Source: Torpedo marmorata (Eukaryota). From it: a stretch of DNA of 64,000 bases. The stretch is from positions 26,908,001-26,972,000 of the forward strand of contig OZ360236.1 in assembly GCA_977017645.1 (NCBI GenBank). The letters run 5' to 3'. A program made the translations under genes and the position numbers. The notes beneath the pieces were generated by a model. It made no database searches, was not told the origin of the DNA, and was given only the letters and a program-made list of their open reading frames with translations. Each line of letters starts with the position of its first letter. The first letter of the stretch is position 1. Of the stretch, positions 1 to 12,900 are shown piece by piece.

Positions 1-365
1 GGAGAACAGCAGCAATCATCAAGGATCCAGCACAAGCTCTCTTCTCGCTGCTACCATCAGGAAAGAGGTATAGGTGCCACAAGACTCTCACCATCAGGTT
101 CAGGAACAGCTTCTACCCCTCCACCACCAGACACCTCGACAACAAACTCAATCAGGGACTTATTTAAGGACTCTTACTTTTCCACTTTATTGATTTTATT
201 TTCTCTCTGTATTGCACAGTTTGTTTACATTTCTTTATTTGTTTACATGTGTATTTTTTTTTAACTACCAATAATTGGTAATTTTGCCTCGCCCACAGGA
301 ATAAGAATTTCAGGGTTGTATATGATTTCATGTATGTACTCTGACAATAAATCTGAAATAGGAAA
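1..365 (+). mobile_element. Rex1/Babar-like LINE, 3' fragment
   Basis: Degenerate LFSLLPSGKRYR...RFRNSFYP coding remnant followed by GACAATAAA and a TCTGAA-type tail, as in the other Rex1-like copies in the window. Confidence 0.7.
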
Positions 366-469
366 TCTGAATCCCTTGGTGCCCAAAATAACTGGAGGAA
401 AGGGGAAGTCTGGTTTAGCAGCTGATGCTCAGAGACAGTAAAATTCGAGGAACTGCACATACTTCCCTG

Positions 470-810
470 CAGCACAGAAGAGGTCCATTCAGCCCACTGA
501 TTATGAAGCTCTCAGATCAGCATCTAACCCATTTCCTCCATGTATCTCCATGTAACCCATCCTTTTGCCAATACCCACTCACTCACCCCCCACCCACACC
601 CCCGCCGATTCTCCTGCCTTCTATCCACAGTAGTGACCAACAGCCAATTAATCTATCAGCACATCATTGTAATGTGGAATGCAACTGGGGAAATCCACTA
701 AGTAACAGGGAAAATGCACAAAATCCACACAGCCGGCAGACAAGGTCAGGATAAATCCCAATTTTTTGAAGTTGTGAATCAGCAGGAATCTATTGCACCA
801 ATCCACAGCA
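470..810 (-). mobile_element. Highly degraded V-SINE (HE1-like)
   Basis: Loose match (gggaaaatgcacaaaatccacacag...ggtcaggat) to the reverse complement of the V-SINE core seen in younger copies at 45.5-46.9 kb. Confidence 0.4.
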
Positions 811-959
811 ACGTGTGAGGCAAAATATAGCACCCAGGCCAAAATAGAAGCAGAAACCTTGGAGCTAAAGGCTTTCCAATACAAACTAGAAGCCAGAATG
901 GTGGGACAACAGTCTGGTGCATGCTTACTGGAGAGTGCTTCTGGCAGTGACTGCCACCC

Positions 960-1337
960 AACATCACAGTCACCAGACTTCACTCCATCGAGGACATCTT
1001 CATGAGGCGGTGTCTTCAAAAAGCAGCCTCTGTCCTCAAAGACCCCCACCACCCAGGCCATGCCCTCTTCACTCTGCTACCATCGGGAAAAAGGTACAGG
1101 AGCCTAAAGACGAGCACTCAATGGCACAAGGACAGCTTCTTCCCCGCTGCCATCAGATTCCTGAATAATCAATGAACCAAAGACACTGCCTTACTTTTCG
1201 TGCACTATTATTTATATATATTTTTTAATAGTAATGTCGTAAGATGGTTATAATATGAATGTTTGCACTATGATGCTGCCGCAAAACACCGAATTTCATG
1301 ACTTGTTCATGACAATAAATTCTGATTCTGATTCTGA
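960..1337 (+). mobile_element. Rex1/Babar-like LINE, 3' fragment
   Basis: Close match to the 3' ends of copies at 21.5-21.85 kb and 44.5-44.9 kb (HSIEDI...KDPHHPGHALFTLLPSGKRYRS); ends GACAATAAAT(TCTGAT)n. Confidence 0.85.
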
Positions 1338-2688
1338 AGATGAGCCACAATCCTACTGAGCGCTAAGTAGACTTGGGGAGCTCTGTAGCTGCTTCCTGCT
1401 CCTGGTGTGTATTAACTTCCCAGTTGTGTATTACGGTGAATGATTTCAACCTATGCTGTGCCTGTATTTCTTGGCTTGGATTTGTGCATTTGAACTCTCA
1501 GAGCTTTTTGATTTTCTTTACAGTTTTGCCAGAATCATGGCTAAGTTATCAGTTGTCTTTATATAATTCTTTTGTTGAAATTGTCAAACTCTGCACAGTC
1601 ATGTTTTAAAATCATTGATTATCTGTCCATATGGCATGATCCCTTCATTATCTTCTGTGATCTTTCTGACCTTGTAAAAAGTGCAATGCAAAGTAATGAA
1701 AGATTCATGCAGGGAATGTATTAAAGTGGTTCTTAGCCAGTAATAAAGAACTTTCATGAACAAAACCTTGCTTTAAAACAACGAATGGCATAAAATTTAT
1801 GGTCATGCAAGTTCATAAATGCAGTACAAAGGAAGCAAGACAATATATTAGCAGTTAATACACAAAAGTGCTGGAGAAACTCAGCAGGTCCCGCAGCATC
1901 GATTGGAGGCAAAGTTACATAACCAGCGCTTCGGGGCTGAACCCTTCGCCAAGATATGAGCAAAAAGCAGGCAGGCACCTGAATAAAAAGGTGGATGGAG
2001 GAGGGAAGGGGGGGCCGTGGGATGAGCACAGGCCAACAGCCAAGGGGCTGGATATGGATAGGAGGGCAGGAGAGAAAAGCTGAGGATTGATTGGGGAGGG
2101 GGTAACTCTCTTAATACAGAGCTGGAGGAAAGGGAAAGAGAGAGAGAGTGAGAGGAAAGGAAACAAAGGGATAGAAAAAGGGAGAGACAGGGGAGGAGGC
2201 TAACGGCAAGCGGAGAAGTCTGTGTTAATGCCATCTCAGTGGAGGGTGCCCAGATGTAATATGAGGTGTTGATCCTCCAATTTGCAGGAGGTCTTAGTTT
2301 GGCATTGCAAGAGACCATGGACAGACATGTTGGCATGGGAATGGGGTGGGGACTTGAAATGGTTTGCCACTGGGAGATCCACGCTATTGCAGCGGACAGA
2401 ACAAAGGTGCTGAACACAGCAATCTCCAAGTCTGCGTCCAGCCTCTCTGATGTAGAGGAGACCACAACGGGAGCACCGGATGCAGTAGATGACCCCTGCA
2501 GATTCACAAGTGAAGTGTTGCTTCACTTGGAAGGACTGCTTGGGCCCCCGAATGGTGGTAAAGGAGGAGTTGTGGGCACAAGTGTAGCATTTCCTGTGGT
2601 CACATGCGGTAGGTCTCAAGGGGATGAATGATGGGAAGATTTACCATTAGTTTTAACTTTAGACGCCGAAAAGGCTTTTGATAGATTA

Positions 2689-2721
<33 letters not shown>

Positions 2722-5700
2722 ATTTAATTTTTAAAATCACAAAATACATATATCAAAAAAAATAGTATATTATTGAAAATACATGTGATATATTTACCAC
2801 CCCCCCTTCCCACCCTCCCCTCCCCAACCCTCCCACGCTATCTAATAAAAAGAGAAAATAGAGTATAAAAATGTTAATTAAAAGGAAAGAAAAAGATTGA
2901 ATAATAAAGTTAAGAAAGTTAGTGTTAGTATGAGGAGAAAAACTATTTCAAGCTAACTCTACTTGTATATTGGAGGTTACTTTGTCAGCGGTACTAACTT
3001 CTAGAGAATTAATTCATACCCATAATTCTCATGTATGGGCTCCAAATTTTCAGAAAGAAATGATATTTATCTCGTAAATTATACGTAATTTTTTCCAATG
3101 GTATACACGAGCGTAACTCTGCATGTAGTCTATCCAAATTTAAATCTAAATCTGATTTCCAAGTAATAGCAATACATTTTTTTGAAATTGCTAACACAAT
3201 TCTTAAAAATTCTATTTGGTACATATTCAATCTATTTCTAATACTAATTTTTTTAATATCTCCAAACAGAAATATCATAGGGTCCATTGGAATCGTAATA
3301 TTAAGAATTCTATCTAGAAATTCCTTAACTTTAGACCAAAAATTTTTAATTTTCAAACACAACCATGTACAATGTACAAAAGAACCTATTTCATCTTTAC
3401 ATCTAAAACACGTATCTGACAATGCCGAATTGAATTTTTTTAATTTTTTAGGTGTTATATATAATTGATGAAAAAAATTATATTGTACTAATCTATATCT
3501 AACATTAATAATCTTAGTCATACTCAGTTTACATAGTTCTTTCCAGTGTTGTTCATCTATACTAGTGTTTAGATCTAATTCCCAATTTAATCTAGATTTA
3601 TGTAGTCCTACTTTAAACATTTTTTTCTGAAGTAATTTATACATTTGCGATATAAATTTGTTAACATTTCCATTAGTAATTAATAACTCTAACCCATCTT
3701 GTCTAGGGGATATTAATTGATTCCCTAATTTCTCAACTAAAAATCCTTTAACTTGATAATAAGCCAAAACTGTATTATCCATTATTCCAAATTTTTCTTT
3801 CAATCTAGAAAAAGTAACAAATCTTCCTGCCTCAAAACAATCTTTAATCTTCTTAATTCCTTTTTGATACCATAATTTTAAAAATTGATTATCAATAGAA
3901 AATGGTAATAATAAATTCTGATATAATGGCATATTTAAAGAAATTGATCCTTTTCGTCCTATTTCATTATCTAATTGATTCCAAATTTCCAATAGATGTT
4001 TAATAATCGGTGACTTTTTCTTTTTAATCAATAATAATTTAGAATTCCATTTATAAATAATATCTTCCTTATTTCTTTCTCCTATATTACTCAATTCTAT
4101 ATTAATCCAAGCCGTATTTTTAGTTAAATCAAATAGTTCATTTATAAATTTTAATTGTGCTGCCTTATAATAATATTGAAAATTAGGGAGTTGTAATCCA
4201 CCCATTTCGTATTCCCAAGTTAATTTATCCATACTTACTCTTGCCAATTTTCCTTTCCATAAAAACTTTCTAATAATAACTTTTAAATCTTTAAAAAATT
4301 TTTGAGGAATACCAAAAGGTATAGATTGAAAAAGATATTGAACTTTTGGAAAAATATTCATTTTAATACAATTCACTCTTCCCATTAAAGTTATGGGTAA
4401 ATCTTTCCAATTATCCAAATCCTTCTTTATTTTCTGAAATAAAGGTATGTAATTTAATTTATATAAATTTTCTAACTTTGTATCCACTTTAACTCCCAAA
4501 TATTTAATAGCTTCTTTAGTCCATTTAAATTTTGTAACTTCTTTACATTTAGTATAGTCTCCTTGAGATAAAGCCATTATCTCACTTTTATCCGAATTAA
4601 TTTTATATCCAGATATTTCACCATAATCCCTCAATATTTTATCTAATTGTTGAAGTGATTTAATAGACTTTGTCATATATATTAATACATCATCTGCAAA
4701 CAAACTAATTTTATGCTCTTCTACACCTACTTTTATCCCATTTATATTAATATCTTTCCTAATCATTTCCGCCAACGGTTCTATTGCCAATACAAATAAA
4801 GCAGGTGACAATGGACATCCTTGTCTTGTTGACCGCGTCAAAGAGAATTTAGATGATATTTGACCATTTGTAATTACTCTGGCTGTAGGTTCCTTATATA
4901 TAGTCTTAATCCAGTTTATAAACGTATTTCCAAATCCATATTTCTCTAAAACCTTAAATAAAAACTTCCATTCTACTCTATCAAATGCTTTTTCTGCATC
5001 TAATGCTATCACTAACGGCAAATCCTGTTTCTTTTTTTGTAAATTAATCAAACTTATTAATCTTGCTATATTATCCGTTGAATATCTATTTTTAATAAAT
5101 CCTGCTTGATCTGGATGTATTAAAAATGGTAAAAACTTAGCTAGTCTATTTGTCAAGATTTTTGCCATTAATTTATAATCTACATTTAACAATGATATAG
5201 GCCTATACGATTCTGTTTTTAATACATCTCTATCTTTCTTTGGTATAACTGTAATAATAGCATTTAAAAATGTTTTCGGTAATGAATGAGTTTCCTTTAT
5301 TTGAGTTAATACTTCCATATATATAGGTATCAATACATCTTTAAACTTCTTATAAAACTCTGCCGGAAATCCATCATCACCGGGAGATTTACCACTATTC
5401 AATGATGATAAAGCCTCACCTACTTCTCTCATTGTAATTGGTAAATCTAACAAATCTCTATTAAAACTATTTAATTTGGGCAATGTAATTTTAGCTAAAA
5501 AATCATCAATTTTTACAACATCTTGATTCATTTGCGAAGTATATAAATTTTGATAATACTCTTTAAATGAATTATTTATTTCTTGAGGTTTATAAGTTAT
5601 TTCTCCAGAACTTTTCTTTATAGCATTTATAGTTTTAGAAACTTGTTCTTTCTTTAATTGCCATGCTAAAACTTTATGTGCTCTTTCTCCCAATTCATAA

Positions 5701-6234
5701 TATCTTTGCTTTGTTCTACCAATTAATTTTTCTATTTTTCGAGTTTGTAATATATTATAATGTAATTTTTTCCCAATTAAACGTTGTCTCTTAGAAATTG
5801 TTTTATTTCTTTGAAAATCCTTTTCCATAACTTCAATTTCTCCCTCCAGTTTTTCTTCTTCTTTCACATAATCTTTTCTAATTTTTGCCGAGAAGCTTAT
5901 TATCAATCCTCTTAAATATGCTTTTAAAGATTCCCAAATTATAAACTTATCTTCAACTGAATTATTATTAATTCTTAAAAATTCCTGAATTTCTTTTCTT
6001 ATATATTCACAAAAATCTTTTCTATTTAATAAAGAAGAGTCTAATCTCCAGTTATATACAGTTTTTTCTTTCTCTGGAATTATACATGTCATTAATAAAG
6101 GTGAATGGTCCGAAATTATTCTTGCTTTATAAGAAATTTGAGTTATTCTATCTTGAATTTGTGAAGATATTAAGAATAAATCAATCCTTGAGAATGAATT
6201 ATGTCGAAATGAATAAAATGAATAATCTTTTTCT
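2689..6234 (-). mobile_element. Young 5'-truncated L1-clade LINE
   Basis: Poly(A) tail seen as T-run at 2689-2713; perfect 14-bp TSD CTTTTGATAGATTA at 2675-2688 and 6235-6248; uninterrupted ORF2. Confidence 0.95.
3009..6234 (-). CDS. L1 ORF2 (C-terminal end of APE endonuclease, RT, Cys-rich C-terminus), 5'-truncated
   Basis: The 1027-aa ORF extends upstream without stops through endonuclease motifs YSF...SRIDLFL...SDHSP; RT motifs SYRPISLLN, LDAEKAFDR, QGCPLSP, FADD; C-terminal CxxC...H...C. Confidence 0.9.
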
Positions 6235-8836
6235 CTTTTGATAGATTAGAGTGGAATTTTTTATTTAAGGTATTGGAGAAATTTGGTTTTGGAAGTACAT
6301 TTATTAATTGGATTAAAATTATATATAAAGAATCATCTGCTAAAGTAGTTACAAATGGACAAATTTCTTCAACATTTCCTTTGACTCGATCTACTAGACA
6401 AGGATGTCCTTTGTCACCAGCATTATTTATTTTGGCAATAGAACCTTTGGCAGAATTAGTTAGAAAAGATCCTAAAATAGTTGGTATTAAAGTTGGAATG
6501 GAAGAACATAAAATTAGTTTATTTGCAGATGATGTATTGATATATATGACAAAATCTACTACATCTTTAGTACAATTGTCTGTGTTATTGAGAGAATATG
6601 GGGAAATATCTGGATATAAAATTAATTCTGATAAAAGTGAAATTATGGCATTATCACAAGGGGATTATAGTAGATGTAAAGAAATTACACAATTTAAATG
6701 GGCAAAGGAAGGAATTAAATATTTGGGAATAAGGGTTGACACAAAATTGGCTAATTTATATAAATTAAATTATTTACCATTATTTGTGAAAATAAAGAAA
6801 GATTTAGAAAATTGGAAAGATTTACCTATAACTTTAATGGGAAGAGTAAATTGTATTAAAATGAATGTTTTTCCAAGAATTTAATATCTTTTTCAATCAA
6901 TTCCTCAAAAATATTTTAAAGATTTAAATTCAATTATTAGAATTTTTTTATGGAAAGGAAAGTTAGCAAGAGTAGGTATGGAAAAACTAACTTGGAATTA
7001 TGAAATGGGTGGTTTACAACTTCCTAATTTCCAAAATTATTATAAAGCAGCTCAATTAAAATTTGTTAATGAATTTTTTGATTCAACTAAATCTTCTGCT
7101 TGGATTAAAATAGAATTAAATAATATAGGAGAAGATTCCAAAGAAGAAGTTATTTATAAATGGGATTCTAAATTAATATTAACAAGAAAGAAAAATTCTC
7201 CTATTCTTAAACATTTGTTAGAAATATGGAATAAGACGGATAAGGAAATAGGAGGAAAAGGATTGATTTCTTCAAGGATGCCTTTATATCAAAATGGACT
7301 TATTCCATTTACTATTAATAATAAATTATTTAAAATTTGGTTTCAAAAAGGAATTAAGAAAATAAATGATTGTTTTGAAGCTGGGAAATTTATTACTTTT
7401 CAAAAATGAAAGATAAATTTAATATATTAGATAATACACTTTTTGCTTATTATCAAATTAGAGCTTTTCTGATTGAGAAATTAGGTTATGCTTTGATTTT
7501 ACCAAGACAGAATGAATTAGAATTATTAGTTACTAAAGGAGATGTCAATAAATTTATTTCTCAAATGTATAAATTGTTTCAGAGGAAAATTCCTAAAGTA
7601 GGAATTCATAAATCAAGATTAAAATGGGAATTAGATTTGAATGTAATAATAGATGAAAATCATTGGAAAGAATTATGTAAATTAAGTATGACGAAGATTA
7701 TTAATGTTAGATATAGATTAGTACAATACAATTTTTTTCATCAATTATATTTAACACCTAAAAAACTAAAGAAATTTAATCCAACATTATCAGGTTTATG
7801 TTTTAGATGAAATAAAGAGGAAGGTTCTTTTGTACATTCTACATGGTTTTGTCCAAAAGTTTATGATTTTTTGGTTCATAGTTAAAAATTTTTTAGATAA
7901 AGTATTTAAGATTACATTTCCAATGGATCCTATGATATTTTTGTTCGGAGATATTAGAAAATTTAGTATTAAGATGAAATTAAACATATATCAAATAGAA
8001 TTTTTGCGAATTGCTTTAGCTGTTTCAAAGAAATGTATTGCTATTACTTGGAAATCTGATTTAGATTTAGGATTAGAAAGATGGCATGCAGAACTTCGTT
8101 CGTGTATACCACTTGAAAAAATTACTTCTAATTTACGTAACAAATATCATTTTTTCTTAAAAATTTGGAGCCCATATATGAAAGTTGTTGGTTTAAGGAT
8201 TTGAAGATCTCTGGGTATCGGATCTACTGGCATACCTGACCTCCATAATAGAATTAGTTTATAGATGTATGTTTTTTTTTTAGATTGGCATTCTCCTTAC
8301 TCTATCTTTTTCTTTTTTTTTCTTCTTTTTCTATTTTTATTTTATATTTTTATTTTTATTAGATTAGTGGGGTTGGGAGGGTTCGGGAGGGGAGGGAGGG
8401 AGGGGGGGTGAAAATGTATCACAAATATTTTGATAATTTCATATTTTATTTTATGTATTTTGTGATATAAAAATTTTAAATAAAATATTTTTTTTTAAAA
8501 AGGGGGTGAATGATGGAAAGAGAGGAGTGGATGAGGGAGTCAAGGAGGGAACAGGCCCTGCAGAAGGCTAGAAGGGAGAAGAGGGCAAAATATATTGATG
8601 ATGGGATCATGTTGCAGGTGGCGGAAATTACGGAGGATAATATGTTGGATGCGGAGGCAGGTGGGGTGGTAGGTAAGGACAAGGAGAATCCTGTCCTTGT
8701 TGCATCTGGGGCAGAGGGGGCCAGTGCAGGTGTGTGGGAAATGGAGGAGATGCGGGTGAGGATCGAGTTGATGGTAGTAGAGGGGAAGCCACTTTTTTTG
8801 AAGAAGGAGGACATCTCGGATGATCTCGCATGGAAG

Positions 8837-9157
8837 CAGGGTCGGCACCAAGGAGGGGGGGGGGCATGCGCTGGCATTGACCCCCCCCAAAAGAGGTATT
8901 GTGACCCCCCCACATGTAGCACCAGCGTCACTAGCATCTAGCATCACTAGTCTCCACGTAATAGAAGCAGCGCGTTTGTCTGTTGCGTCGGAGGGAGGGG
9001 GAAGGGGGGTGGCGGCGCACAGAGGAGGTCCATGGTAGGCAGGTAGGCAGCACCCACCCCCCCCCACCCGCTGAGTGAGTTTTCAAACGTCAGATTGTGC
9101 CCCCCCCCGCGATTACCCTAATTCCCCCCGCTAAGACTTGTACTGACGTCGACCCTA
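8837..9157. mobile_element. Non-autonomous hAT-type MITE (321 bp)
   Basis: 8-bp TSD CATGGAAG at 8829-8836 and 9158-9165; imperfect TIRs CAGGGTCGGCACCA / TGACGTCGACCCTA; GC-rich interior; interrupts otherwise contiguous Penelope sequence. Confidence 0.8.
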
Positions 9158-9925
9158 CATGGAAGACCTTGTCCTGGGAGCAGATGTGATGGAGACAGAG
9201 GAATTGAGAGAAAGGAATAGAATTTTTACAGGGGACAGAGTGTGAAGAGGTGTAGTCGAGGTAAATGTGGGGGTTGGTGGGTTTGTAGAAGATGTCTGTG
9301 GAGAGTTTGTCTCCCGAGATGGAGACAGAGAGATCGCGAAAAGGGACAGCGTTGCTAGAGATGGGGACCAAGTGAATTTGAGGTCGGGGTGGAAGTTGGC
9401 AGCAAAGTGGATAAAGTTTACGAGTTCATCCTGGGTGCATGAGGCAGCACAAATATAGTCGTCAATGAAGCGGAGGAAGATTTGAGGAGCTTTGCCCATG
9501 TAGGCTTGTAGCATAGATCGCTCCACATATATTTATAAATATATTTATTTATGATATTTATCTATAGATTAGCAGATATGTAATTTAAGAAAATGACTGC
9601 TAATTGACATAGATGATCATTGATTAGTGCAACCAATCATAAAAAGACTACACCAAAATATAAACATGTGTTAATGCCCATATTACCATCGTCTGCAACT
9701 TTGACAGTGTGAGTACAATCAAATTACAATGAGAAATTTCTCATTACCTGAAAATAATAATTTTTGAAACCAAAAATTGTAATTTACACAGAATAATTAT
9801 GGAAGCAGGGAACAAGGTAATTACATTCTCAAATCCAATTAACAGTACAGTAACACCACTTTATATCATTTGATATTTATGCGAGCCAGCATGATGGAAT
9901 TCTCGGGTAAATGTCCATTCAGGAT

Positions 9926-12140
9926 AAATATGGATTTGGAAATACGTTTATAAATTGGATTAAAACTATATATAAGGAACCTACAGCTAAAGTAATTACA
10001 AATGGTCAAATATCATCTAAATTTTCTTTGACACGGTCAACAAGACAAGGATGTCCATTGTCACCTGCCTTATTTGTATTGGCAATAGAACCGTTGGCGG
10101 AAATGATCAGGAAAGATATGAATATAAAAGGGATAAAAGTAGGTGCAGAAGAGCATAAAATTAGTTTGTTTGCAGATGATGTATTAATATATATGACAAA
10201 GTCTATTGAATCACTTCAACAATTAGATAAAATATTGAGGGATTATGGTGAAATATCTGGATATAAAATAAATTCGGATAAAAGTGAGATAATGGCTTTA
10301 TCCCAAGGAGATTATACTAAATGTAAAGAAGTTACAAAATTTAAATGGGCTAAAGAAGCTATTAAATATTTAGGAGTTAAAGTGGATACAAAGTTAGAAA
10401 ATTTATATAAATTAAATTACATACCTTTATTTCAGAAAATAAAGAAGGATTTGGATAATTGGAAAGATTTACCTATAACTTTAATAGGAAGAGTGAACTG
10501 TATTAAAATGAATATTTTTCCAAGAGTTCAATATCTTTTTCAATCTATACCTTTTGGTATTCCCCAAAAATTTTTTAAAGATTTAAAAAGTATTATTAGA
10601 AAGTTTTTATGGAAAGGAAAACTGGCAAGAGTAAGTATGGATAAATTAACTTGGGAATATGAAATGGGTGGATTACAACTTCCTAATTTTCAATATTATT
10701 ATAAGGCAGCACAATTAAAATTTATAAATGAATTATTTGATTTAACTAAAAACACGGCATGGATTAATATAGAATTAAGTAATATAGGAGAAAGAAATAA
10801 GGAAGATATTATTTATAAATGGAATTCTAAATTATTATTGATTAATAAGAAAAAGTCACCGATTATTAGACATTTATTAGAGATTTGGAATCAATTAGAT
10901 AATGAAATAGGGCGAAAAGGATCAATTTCTTTAAATATGCCATTATATCAGAATTTATTATTACCATTTTCTATGGATAATCAATTTTTAAAATTATGGT
11001 ATCAAAAAGGAATTAAGAAGATTAAAGATTGTTTTGAGGCAGGAAGATTTGTAACTTTTTCCAGATTGAAAGAAAAATTTGGAATAATGGATAATACAAT
11101 TTTGGCTTATTATCAAGTTAAAGGATTTTTAGTTGAGAAATTAGGGAATCAATTAATATCTCCTAGACAGGATGGGTTAGAGTTACTAATTACTAATGGA
11201 AATGTTAATAAATTTATATCGCAAATGTATAAATTATTTCAGAAAAAGATACCTAAAGTAGGATTGCATAAATCTAGATTAAATTGGGAATCAGATCTAA
11301 ATACTAATATAGATGAACAACACTGGAAAGAATTGTGTAAATTGAGTATGACTAAGATTATTAATGTTAGATATAGATTAGTACAGTATAATTTTTTTCA
11401 TCAATTATATATAACACCCAATAAATTAAAGAAATTCAATCCGGCATTGTCAGATATGTGTTTTAGATGTAAAGATGAAATAGGTTCCTTTGTACATTGT
11501 ACATGGTCATGTTCGAAAATTAAAAATTTTTGGTCTAAAGTCAAAGATTTTTTAGATAGAATTTTTAATATTATGATTCCAATGGATCCTATGATATTTT
11601 TATTTGGAGATATAAAAAAAATGAGTATTAGAAATAGATTAAATATGTACCAAATAGAATTTTTACGAATCGTATTAGCTATTTCAAAAAAATGTATTGC
11701 TATTACTTGGAAATCAGATTTAGATTTGAATTTAGATAGATTACATGCAGAGTTACGTTCTTGTATACCACTGGAAAAAATTACGTATAATTTGCGAGAC
11801 AAATATCATTTCTTTTTGAAAATTTGGAGCCCATATATGAGAATTATGGGTATGAATTAATTCTCTAAAAGTTAGTACCGCTGACAAAAGTATCCTCCAT
11901 ATATAAATAGAGTTAGTCTGAAATAGTTTTCTCCTCATACTAACTCTCTTAACTTTATTTCTCATTCTATTTCTTTCCTTTTAACTAACATTTCTATATA
12001 TTCTTTTTTTTTTTCTCTTTATTAGAATAGTGTGGGAGGGCTGGGGAGGGGAGGGAGGGAAGGGGGGTTGGTAAAAATATCACATGTATTTTGATAATAT
12101 ATTATTTTGAATATGTATTTTGTGATTTTAAAAATTAAAT

Positions 12141-12169
<29 letters not shown>
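9926..12169 (+). mobile_element. Young 5'-truncated L1-clade LINE, same family as 2689-6234
   Basis: Open ORF2 3' part to 11860, nearly identical in protein to the 3009-6092 ORF; G-rich 3'UTR; poly(A) tail; 17-bp TSD AAATGTCCATTCAGGAT at 9909-9925 and 12170-12186. Confidence 0.95.
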
Positions 12170-12175
<6 letters not shown>

Positions 12176-12514
12176 CCATTCAGGATGTAGTTGTGGCTTG
12201 CAAAGGTAACGTTTATTGATTATCCTTACTGCCTTGAGGAGAGGCTGCTGGGGATGGTTTGTTTCAACTGAGTAGATAGAGAGGTGGGTTTAGAGTCATT
12301 GTCATCAAATATGTCCCAATTGTGTAAAAAAGTCAGGCTTTCTTTCCTGGAAGTTATCAGTGAACCACTTTTACAGGAATCTGGCAGACATTTTTTAAAA
12401 TTGAAGACCAATATTTAAAGTGCTAAATTTGGCATTCATTTTCTGCTCTACTGCATTATTATTCTTGGTGTATTGGATCATCAGTGCAGGAATATAATCA
12501 TTGGAATAATGTAG

Positions 12515-12900
12515 AGAATCAAGAGTCAAGATTCCTTTATTGTCATGTAATCGTACAGAACAAGTAATATTACACAAAACTGCCTTCTGCCTGCCGGAAG
12601 GTGGACAAAGAGTCGCCATTAGTGTTGACCAGCGCCCCTTACTGTGGATTTGCCTCCAGCGCTCCCGCAGCCTCTGCAACTGCACAGACTCCTGTCCGAT
12701 CCATCAGTAACCCAGGCTTCAGATCCAAACCTCTGACACGATCAGGAAGCCTTCAGCGCCCTCTAGAATCCTGGTTCCAGTACTTGGTTCCCATGAGCCA
12801 GTTTCCAGCAGCCCGTGCGGGTCCCCTGACCGCAAGTTACCCGCAGCCTATGTGGGTCCCTCAGCTGTTGAGCCCCTTGCTGGTCAGGCTCACAATGTTA
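12515..12900 (-). mobile_element. SINE-like element with GC-rich body and hairpin-rich LINE-type 3' tail
   Basis: Minus strand ends CATGACAATAAAGGAATCTTGACTCTTGATTC; 12515-12642 resembles the 3' part of the 5S-headed SINE at 35861-35993. The 5' boundary is uncertain. Confidence 0.55.

Larger units (their letters stand above)
2640..8499 (+). mobile_element. 5'-truncated L1-clade LINE with degraded ORF2, split by a second L1; own sequence at 2640-2688 and 6235-8499
   Basis: LDAEKAFDR at about 2658-2685 continues at 6241 into RT ORFs 6273-6884, 6978-7409, 7406-7810 and 7830-8204 (TRQGCPLSP, FADD); G-rich 3'UTR; about 22-bp TSD with 2 mismatches at 2618-2639 and 8500-8521. Confidence 0.9.
1856..9528 (-). 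mobile_element. Penelope-like element (Neptune-like), split by L1 and hAT-MITE insertions; own sequence at about 1856-2639, 8500-8836 and 9158-9528
   Basis: GIY-YIG endonuclease remnant with Cys-rich linker (CDHRKCYTC...FTCESAGVIYCIRCSRCGLLYI, ORF 2236-2619); RT remnant FLRFIDD...FHPDLKFT (ORF 9155-9526); terminal segment with hammerhead-like motif at about 1918-1960. Confidence 0.85.

Noticed and set aside
9911-11860. 649-aa ORF as a standalone gene
   Set aside because: Its ATG and first residues (MSIQD) come from the target-site duplication; the rest is a 5'-truncated L1 ORF2.
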